Origin: Octopus sinensis
Lineage: Eukaryota
Assembly (NCBI RefSeq): GCF_006345805.1
Contig: NC_043005.1
Span: forward strand, 56,482,001 to 56,546,000
DNA length: 64,000 bases
Direction of reading: 5' to 3'
Position numbers and translations under genes: made by a program. The notes under the pieces are model-generated. The model was not told where the DNA came from and made no database searches. It saw only the letters and a program-made list of their open reading frames with translations. Shown piece after piece: positions 55,251-64,000 of this stretch (positions are counted from its first letter, which is position 1; each line of letters opens with the position of its first letter).

Positions 55251-55352
55251 TCTTCCTTTTTAACTGAACGCATGGGCGCAGTCAAATGACTGAAACAAGA
55301 ACATAAACACGCACACATATAGATACATATAGATATATATACACACACGTAT

Positions 55353-55439
<87 letters not shown>

Positions 55440-55441
<2 letters not shown>

Positions 55442-55590
55442 CAACGGGTTTCTTTCAGTTTCCGTCTACCAATTGACAAGACTTTGGTCGGCCCGAGGCT
55501 ATTGTAGAAGATACTTGCCCAAAGTACCACGCAGTGGGACTGAACCCGGAACCATGTGGTTGGGAAACAAGCTTCTTGCCATACAGCCAT
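55440..55590 (-). mobile_element. SINE family A, 5' half
   Basis: ttctttcagtttccgtctacc..gaacccggaaccatgtggttggg. Confidence 0.85.
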
Positions 55591-55772
55591 TTAACAGGGG
55601 TTAAATATATACATCAATATTGACATCATCACCACAACTACTACCACCTATAACACAACAGGACGACTGTCCCCACCGTCATAATCAACACTACAATCAC
55701 CACCATCAACAGCAATAACACGACTGTCGCTGTCACCATCACCACAACAACCATCACCCCTTAAAATTAACT

Positions 55773-56002
55773 GTTTCTTTATTGCCCACAAGGGGCTAAA
55801 CATAGAGGGGACAAACAAGGACAGACAAACGGATTAAGTCGATTATATCGACCCCAGTGCGTAACTGGTACTTAATTTATCGACCCCGAAAGGATGAAAG
55901 GCAAAGTAGACCTCGGCGGAATTTGAACTCAGGACGTAACGGCAGACGAAATACGGCTACGCATTTCGCCCGGCGTGCTAACGACTCTGCCAGCTCGCCG
56001 CC
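55773..56002 (-). mobile_element. SINE family B, full length, tail type 1
   Basis: Minus strand ggcggcgagctggcagagtcgttagc...ccccttgtgggcaataaagaaac. Confidence 0.92.
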
Positions 56003-56696
56003 TTCAAATTAACCCCTTGAAATTAACGCCATCGCTGCCAACACCAAACAGACACTTTCACCATCACCACCACCTCCACTACCACTATCACAAACATCTC
56101 ACACCGCCATCACCACCACAACACACCGCTATCAGCGTCACGGCTGCCACCGCCGTTGACATGGTTCCGTTGCGCTGAGTTCCAGAAATTATGTCACCCA
56201 CGTGTTAAACGAAAGAATGCTGCCAACGGGGTTGGAATGGGAGTTTCTTGTCAGTTCAGGTCGGGGTCGGGACAGCACTAAGCTGGAGGCGACGATGGTG
56301 ACGTTCCGAATTGAAAGTGAGAAACCAAAAAAATATAGGATGCGGGGCGAACGGGGTCTGAGAATGGGTGGGGTCAAGTGGGGTTGGGGGTTGAAGGTGG
56401 GAGTGGAAATGCAATGGGAAATCAAATAAAACTAGTAAATTAACTTCTGTTGGTGCTAAGATGGAATGATAGCTTTAACCTAAGGACGGGTAGGAGCAAC
56501 TGCGAGCGGATGGGGGCAAAATGGGGGCGGGGGCAGAGAGGGTAGCAGGGTGGGAGAATATTTGATTGTTGGGATCAGAGCTGAGAAAGAAGAACTCGAT
56601 GGTTTAAATTCATTTACATCTTATATTAAGGACTGTTTCCTTGCTGACCCAAATAAGTCACACACCCTAAACACTGACTCCCACCCTACACACACA

Positions 56697-56720
56697 ATAA
56701 TAATAATAATAATAATGATA

Positions 56721-56797
<77 letters not shown>

Positions 56798-56798
56798 A

Positions 56799-56830
<32 letters not shown>
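56697..56830. repeat. (AAT)n/(ATG)n microsatellite
   Basis: Direct reading. Confidence 0.97.
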
Positions 56831-56975
56831 AAATTCTATAATAATAATTAATTCTTTTTGCAACCAGGTCGAAGGATGAAGTGAAGGGTGTTAGATTTAA
56901 TGGAATGATTAAAAAAAAAGAAAGAAAAGTATACATGAGGGGAAGTATACATAATTTACGGCATCAAGAAAAAAT

Positions 56976-57006
<31 letters not shown>

Positions 57007-57082
57007 ATATTAGGGAGTAAATCCCAACTTACAGGGAAAAATTAGATTTAGGATTAAATCTAATTTTATAGTTTAAATATAT

Positions 57083-57136
<54 letters not shown>

Positions 57137-57139
57137 ATA

Positions 57140-57524
57140 GGTGCAGGTGTGGCTGTGTCGTAAGTAGCTTGCTTACAACCACATGGTTCTGGGTTCAGTC
57201 CCACTGCGTGGCATCTTGGTCAAGTGTCTTCTACTATAGCCTCGGGCCGAACAAAGCCTTGTAAGTGGATTTGGTAGACGGAAACTGAAAGAAGCCTGTC
57301 GTATATATGTATATGTATATGTGTGTGTATGTTTGTGTGTCTGTGCTTGTCCCCTAGCATTGCTTGACAACCGATGTTGGTGTGTCTATGTCCCCGTCAC
57401 TTAGCGGTTCGGCTAAAGGAACCGATAGAATAAGTACTAGGCTTACAAAGTCCCGGGGTTGACTAAAGGCGGTACTCCAGCATGGCCGCAGTCAAATGAC
57501 TGAAACAATTAAAAGAGTAAAAGA
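57140..57524 (+). mobile_element. SINE family A, full length
   Basis: ggtgcaggtgtggctgtgtcgtaag..gggttcagtccc..gtcaaatgactgaaac. Confidence 0.93.
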
Positions 57525-57544
57525 GTATATATATATATATATAG

Positions 57545-57715
57545 TTAATCCAAACAAGAAAGCACAAAAAAAACACAACAACGCGAGGACGTGGAACAAA
57601 TATAGTATTATTGGACGCTCAGGAAAGAAGGAAAGGAGGTTTTAACTTTTCGAGCGGAGATCTTCGTCGGAAACATAGGAGAAGGAAAGATCCAGAGAAG
57701 GGAAGACCAACGCGG
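57545..57715 (-). mobile_element. Penelope-like terminal fragment (family P1) with mutated hammerhead at 57639-57674
   Basis: Homologous to 62296-62500; core CCGACGA retained, stem II and stem III substitutions. Confidence 0.7.
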
Positions 57716-57752
<37 letters not shown>

Positions 57753-57756
57753 ACAC

Positions 57757-57848
<92 letters not shown>

Positions 57849-57849
57849 C

Positions 57850-58100
57850 AAATTGAGATAGGGGTTGTAAATGCAACCCTCCATGGGATAACATATATCC
57901 AATATATTGCTAGTGAAGTACCCAACAAAGTTAATACATAAATGTTAATGATTGCGATACAATCAATTCATTTACTGTATTATATGGGCATATGTAAAAT
58001 GATTTACCACAAATTACTAATACAATATGTTTCCGACGAAGAGCTCCGCTCGAAACGTTAAACCCTCCTTTCCTTCTTTCCTGAGCGTCCAATAATACTA
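57850..58100 (+). mobile_element. Penelope-like terminal fragment (family P1), inverted relative to 57545-57715
   Basis: 58025-58100 is the reverse complement of 57600-57676. Confidence 0.7.
58029..58063 (+). ncRNA. Minimal hammerhead ribozyme, U4C core variant
   Basis: GTTT-CCGACGA-A-GAGC(TCC)GCTC-GAAA-CGT-T-AAAC. Confidence 0.7.
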
Positions 58101-58115
58101 TATATATATATATAT

Positions 58116-58197
<82 letters not shown>

Positions 58198-58234
58198 CGA
58201 GTCCGTTTGCAAACACTTTGCTTATCTATGTTAT

Positions 58235-58535
58235 CAGTGGTTCCCAAATTGTTTCGGGCTGCCGTCCCCTTGACACCCAGGCCACATTCCGAGCACCCCC
58301 ACCACAACTAACTATCACAAACACCGACCTCTTTCTGAAGCAAATTCAGAGCAACTGTATTTCACAAATAAAACTTAACCTAACGAACCCATTATTTTGT
58401 TGTTTTTACATGAATCGCTATCCCCACTTTTTACATGAATCGCTACCCCATTATCACCCCCACTTTTCTTCAGTGCCCCCTTGTAACTTTCCACTGCTCC
58501 CAGCAAGGCAATACCGTCCACTTTGGGAACCACTG
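58235..58535. mobile_element. hAT (Charlie-like) MITE, 301 bp
   Basis: Perfect 14-bp TIR CAGTGGTTCCCAAA / TTTGGGAACCACTG; imperfect TSD-like atctatgt / atctatgg. Confidence 0.88.
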
Positions 58536-58591
58536 ATCTATGGCGACATCTGCTAACAGATGGTCGCTGTCACTGAAGGTCGTTCACCAAC

Positions 58592-58882
58592 AAGGTTTCG
58601 TGGTGCATAACACCGACTGAAGCAGCATCCACATCGATTTGACGACCCATGGATATGAACTCTGTTGGAATTATGGTAGTGTGTGTGTGTGTGTGTATGC
58701 GGTGTATGTGCGTGCGTTTTGTTTGGGTGTGTCGTGCAAGTTTTCGTGGTGCAATAACACCGACGTGAAGCAGCATCCACATCGATTTGACGACCCATGG
58801 ATATGAACTCTGTTGGAATTATGGTAGTGTGTGTGTGTGTGTGTATGCGTGTGTATGTGCGTGCGTTTTGTGTGTGTCGTGC
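58592..58882. repeat. Tandem duplication of about 145 bp
   Basis: Units 58592-58737 and 58738-58882 differ mainly by small indels. Confidence 0.9.
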
Positions 58883-58995
58883 GTGTGTTTCTGTGTGTGC
58901 GTGGATATATGTATTTACATACGTATACATACATACATGCATACATATATACATACATACAGTCGTACATACATACATACATACATACAGTCGTG

Positions 58996-59027
<32 letters not shown>

Positions 59028-59274
59028 CCGTGGGAATTGAACGGGGAGAGAGAAAAGATAGGCAAAGAGGGGGACGAGACAAACACGATAGCACAATGGA
59101 AGAGAAAGAAAAAGAGAGCTGAAGAGATGTAAGGGTAGAAAGAAAGAAAGAAAGAAAGAAAAGAAGGAAGGAAAGGAAGAAAGAAAGGAAGCACCAGACC
59201 ACGTGATTTCGATCAGCTGGAAGAGATGTCTTCCTGGGGTTTCGTGGTCTCATAGTGGGGATAAACAACCACTA

Positions 59275-59321
<47 letters not shown>

Positions 59322-59429
59322 CAGGTGATGCTATTAAGTTAGACATGGCCTGGGCCATAATGGCCGAAACCTATCAAAGTATCAAAGTATCAAAGTATAT
59401 ATATATATATATATATATATATACGCATG

Positions 59430-59467
<38 letters not shown>

Positions 59468-59637
59468 AATTTATTAGATGGTATTTGCTTGTAAAAATAA
59501 GATTGAATTTATCATTTAATGATTAAATCATTTAATTGTTTCAATTTATTATTTTTGGTTTTTATTTCTAATTTATATTTATATATTTATATGTATACAC
59601 ACACACACACACACCACATATATATACATACATATAT

Positions 59638-59689
<52 letters not shown>

Positions 59690-59821
59690 ACGGGTTCTTT
59701 GAGTTTCCGTCTATCAAATCGACTCATAGACACTTGCCCAAGGTGCCATTGAACCTGTAATTTTGGATTGAACCCGGAACCATGTGGTTGAGAGACAAAC
59801 TTATTGTGTGTGTGTGTGTGT

Positions 59822-59871
<50 letters not shown>

Positions 59872-60668
59872 GCCTGTGTTCGTTTCCCGCCACCGCTTGA
59901 TAATCAGTATTGGTTTGTTTACGTCCTCGTAACATCAACAGTTCGGCGAAAGAGATACCGATAGAATAAGAAGCAGATTTAAGAAATAAGTATTATGGTC
60001 GATATAGTCGGCTAAAACCCTTCAAGGCACTGCTCCATCATGGCCGCAATCTAATAACTGAAACAAGTAAAGGACATAAGATAACTGAATAGGTTTTTAT
60101 GGCATGGGAAGACATGAACACTGACGTTTCGTGCAACGTCTCACACCAGATTAAAAACGAAAATGGATTCTTGCCAATTTAGACCACAACTAGTTTACTT
60201 GCAGTCTGGGCTTTAACAGCTAACGAGTAAACGAACATTTCCGAATATTTGACTTTGAGTTTTGTGAATCTATTTTTTACATTACATATCGACCGGCCAT
60301 GTTTTACTTTACTTCATTTTCTTTTCCTTGTAGGAAATGATTTTTTTTATTTTTGTCTACCTCCTACCTTTGTATTGGGTGAAATTAACTGATCGATTTA
60401 AGTTTGTGTAAAAACAAGCGCCTACAATTGTGAAAAGTAGGTGAGGCGTATAGTCGGTCTGAAATGGTCGGCAACAATCCTCCTAGAACTATTCCGTGTA
60501 TTTTCTCTGCTCTACCTACATCCACCTGCAACTATTCAAGGTGGCTAGGTGTGTAGGTAGGTAGGCAGGAAGCATCAGCTACTCCAGTTCCATTAGTCTG
60601 GGAAGAAGGGCTTGCAAACGTTACAAGCACTATTCCAGCTTCCGTTTACACTCGCGCGTACGCTCATA

Positions 60669-60715
<47 letters not shown>

Positions 60716-61160
60716 TGTGTGTGTACATACATATATAATATACATGTGTCTATTATATATCTTTTATCTTTTATTTGTTTCCGTCTTGAAGCTAGTCGAA
60801 CATATATACAAAATGGACCTGGTTCATGCGTTATCGACCACAGGTTCAGACAATTCATCGACCATAAGGAAATTGGCTATTATTGATCATTTCTTTTACT
60901 TATACACAAGGTCACACGTATACACGAATGCGGAATACGATATCTTTTTCTCATTAACACATACACACACACAAACACACACACACACACATACACACAC
61001 ACACACACTCACTCACACACACACAAACACACACACACACGCACAAACAAACAAACAAACAAACCCATATACACATATGTTAAATTACGAATTTAAAGCA
61101 GCTTTAGTGATATAAACATTAACGGTCGCACATACATCGTGTATGTGTTGTGTTTAAAAG

Positions 61161-61273
61161 CCTATTTGCTGCTGGATAGCGTCCAGTGACAGCTCCCTAA
61201 ACGGTGCTGAATGTCAAAGAACACTTAATGTCCCAGACCAGGCGAGACAATTCGCCTCGGATGACTGGGAATG
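61161..61273 (+). CDS. Possible plus-strand exon (PICCWIASSDSSLNGAECQRTLNVPDQARQFASDDWE)
   Basis: Unique sequence, one open frame between aaaag| and donor ATG|GTAAAT; the acceptor position is ambiguous. Confidence 0.25.
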
Positions 61274-61282
61274 GTAAATATC

Positions 61283-61513
61283 TATTTCTTTATTAACCAC
61301 AAGGGGCTAAACCCAGAGGGGACAAACAAGGACAGACATAGGTATTAAGTTGATTGCATCGACCCCAGTGCGTAACTGGTACTTAATTTATCGACCACGA
61401 AAGGATGAAAGGCAAAGTCGACCTCGGCGGAATTTGAACTCACAACGTAACGCAGACGAAATACCGCTAAGCATTTCGCCCGGCGTGCTAACGTTTCTGC
61501 CAGCTCGCCGCCT
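61283..61513 (-). mobile_element. SINE family B, full length, tail type 1
   Basis: Reverse complement of the family B consensus. Confidence 0.92.
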
Positions 61514-61728
61514 CACTCTATTAGCATATAAGTCACAGGCCAGTGATTCACTTCGTTTCGAGATGATCCGAATACATGGTATTGATAAGCCACAAAATTG
61601 ACGAAATACCGATATCTGCTAATTTCGGTTATCTGAAACGGAAAAAAAACGCATTAAGCACTTAGCTGGGCGTGCTAACGATTTTGCCAGCTCGCCGCCG
61701 ATTTTCGGTATCAATATTAAAACATTAT

Positions 61729-61950
61729 AAGGCGGCGAGCTGGCAGGATCGTTAGCACGCCGGACAAAATGCTTAGCGGCATTTCGTCCGTCTTTACGTT
61801 CTGAGTTCAAATTCCGCCGATGTTGACTTTGCCTTTTCATCCTTCTGGTGTCAATAAAACAAACACTAGTTGAACACTAGGGTCGATGTAATCGACATAC
61901 CCCTCTGCCGAAATTGCTGGCTTTGTGCCAAAATTTGAAATCAATATTAA
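61729..61950 (+). mobile_element. SINE family B, full length, tail type 3
   Basis: ggcggcgagctggcaggatcgttagc...gtgccaaaatttgaaatcaatatt. Confidence 0.92.
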
Positions 61951-62252
61951 ACGTAATACACTAAAGCCGACAACTGCTATAACCATCAGCACCACCACCA
62001 TCCCCACAATCAGTACCATTTCCATCCGCGCCCCGAGATCCTGCCTTCATTTACTGACTTAGAGGTCTGCAGTATGCTGGGTGTCGAGAGACAAAGTGGG
62101 TAGGTGCGAAGTAGACTCAATTAAAACAAACTACAGTATCCTTAAGGGCTCTTCAGATTTGGAAGTAATGAATGCATCCATCCATCCATGCATACATACA
62201 TATAATATATGTGTGTGTGTGTGAATGGATTTGTATATATATATTTAATTAT

Positions 62253-62295
<43 letters not shown>

Positions 62296-62301
<6 letters not shown>

Positions 62302-62500
62302 TCCAAACAAGAAAACAGAAAAACACAGCAACGCGAGGACGTGGAACAATTAAAGTATTATTTGACGCTCAGGAAAGAAGGGAAGGAGAGTTTAACGTTT
62401 CGAGCGGAGCTCTTCGTCGGAAACAAAGGAGAAGAAAAGATCCCGAGAAGGGAAGACAGAGGGAAAAAATTTTTTTGCTGGTGGTGCTCAAGAGATCACA
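62296..62500 (-). mobile_element. Penelope-like terminal fragment (family P1)
   Basis: Homologous to 57545-57715. Confidence 0.7.
62390..62424 (-). ncRNA. Minimal hammerhead ribozyme, U4C core variant
   Basis: Identical over 35 nt to 58029-58063. Confidence 0.7.
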
Positions 62501-62510
62501 TATATATATA

Positions 62511-62979
62511 TCTATATATATAAAACTCTAGTTGTGTGAGTGTCTGTCCCCTTCGATTTAGATTCCTAACTCCTCCCACATTTTGCGGTGCAGTTTAACC
62601 AAATTCGGGTATCTTATAGTCGTGATTCATATCGAGCCCGTCTGACTATTAGCGCACGTCAACGATGAGTCTACGATTTTAAAAATAATTTAACATCATT
62701 TTTTATTCCATTTTAATGCATAAAATGCATCGTGTGTCGATGGCGGCGGAGTTGGCGTCCACGCTCACAGCTGCACCTGTTTGCTTCTCCCCCTTCCCTC
62801 CCTCGTGAAACTGTGGGGAAGGGAGTGTAAAGAAATCAACGTCGTAATGCGTTATGAAGACACCAAAACAAAAATGGCTAAGAAAGCCCGAATTGGCATC
62901 TATAAGGGAAGTAACTCTCTAAAAATGCTTATATAGTTATTTCCCTTACAAGCCTGAGCAACGCCGGGCGATACTGCTA

Positions 62980-62980
<1 letters not shown>
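62511..62980 (+). mobile_element. Non-autonomous Helitron, 470 bp
   Basis: A|TC start (TCTATATATATAAAACTCTAG), GC-rich subterminal gagcaacgccgggcgatactg, CTAG|T end, no TSD. Confidence 0.85.
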
Positions 62981-63037
<57 letters not shown>

Positions 63038-63364
63038 GGGAAAATAAGTTCAAAAAAGAAAAATTCGAACTTTTTGAGAGTTCCAAAAGAGAGAAAGAAT
63101 GATTTCTAATAAAGATTCATCATATTCATAAAAAAAAAACAGCCAGAGCAAGTAATAAGAATATGAAAATAGTAGTTGAAAAATATTGTTATTGGTATAA
63201 ATATACCATAAACAATTAAAGAAAAATGCAGGAAAAAATTATGTTCAATCAAAATTAGATTGAATCCTATTTTGTATTAAATCTAATTTTGATTCAACAT
63301 CTTTTTCTCCTCCGTTTTTCTATAACTGTTTACGGTATCTTTATACCTATAACGATATTTTAAA

Positions 63365-63421
<57 letters not shown>

Positions 63422-63552
63422 TGTGTGTTTGTGTATAGAAAGATAGATAGATAGATTTACACATATACTCATATATACATACATGCATCAATGCATATAT
63501 GTACATGAATATACATATATATATAAACACACACATACATACATACATATAT

Positions 63553-63583
<31 letters not shown>

Positions 63584-63872
63584 TAAATATATGCGTATTC
63601 TTCCTGTAACGAAACTATAAATGGAGCTGTTTGGTGGACCAAGTTATAATTCCAGCACAGCGTACAACCAGCTGAATGTTGTTATCTAGACTTGATGTAA
63701 TCGTGCTGAAGGATCCCAACTGTAGCCCTTTATCAGATAATTTTGGTGTGTAGGGAGTAGGGATGTCCTGTTTATAAGTTCACTCCATACACTTCCTATC
63801 TTTAGCAAACGTGACGGCACGTCACTGTATATGGGCATGTAAATATGGCCGCCGGTCTGAGTTTTTGTCCGT

Positions 63873-63914
<42 letters not shown>

Positions 63915-64000
63915 ATGTTTTAATGCTAATGATATATGTCAGTGAGAGAAATCGAGGTAGAGTGGCAAAGAAATAGAACAAGACAGCAAAGTATGTGTGT

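Noticed and set aside
59345-59400. GGCC..GGCC-GAAAC..GTA hammerhead half
   Set aside because: The CUGANGA part is absent; at most a dead remnant

Overview
Repeat-dense, AT-rich eukaryotic DNA that is mostly intronic or intergenic. It is most likely from a coleoid cephalopod (Octopus-like); this is inferred from the SINE families and the extreme (AT)n/(AC)n/(ACAT)n/(AAT)n microsatellite load, not from a database search. Nearly all ORFs in the supplied track are microsatellite artefacts or transposon remnants. There is no intact long gene, rRNA, true tRNA or CRISPR array. The window contains: about 35 tRNA-derived SINE copies (about 6 families); decayed LINEs (CR1-like, RTE, Tx1/L1-like, R4/Dong-like RLE); DNA transposon remnants (Merlin, mariner, DD37D maT, hAT-like, piggyBac-like MITEs, Helitron); and many Penelope-like terminal fragments. 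Two fairly good minus-strand coding-exon candidates exist (1286-1574 and 37845-38381), with no recognisable gene identity. Most interesting: (1) at least four Penelope-type hammerhead ribozyme families whose cores carry recurrent non-canonical changes (CCGANGA or CUGUUGA instead of CUGANGA), one with a 90-nt stem II insert and one duplicated as a 1.4-kb near-perfect palindrome; (2) an RLE LINE with twin-priming-type 5' inversion geometry, from a family that appears to target (ACAT)n; (3) a modular SINE with three swappable 3' tails, one shared with a Tx1-like LINE; (4) a Merlin element inserted just upstream of the YADD motif of a CR1 LINE, which also carries a locally templated 149-bp insertion. 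All coordinates and translations were read by eye; repeat boundaries are approximate, typically within 10-30 bp.
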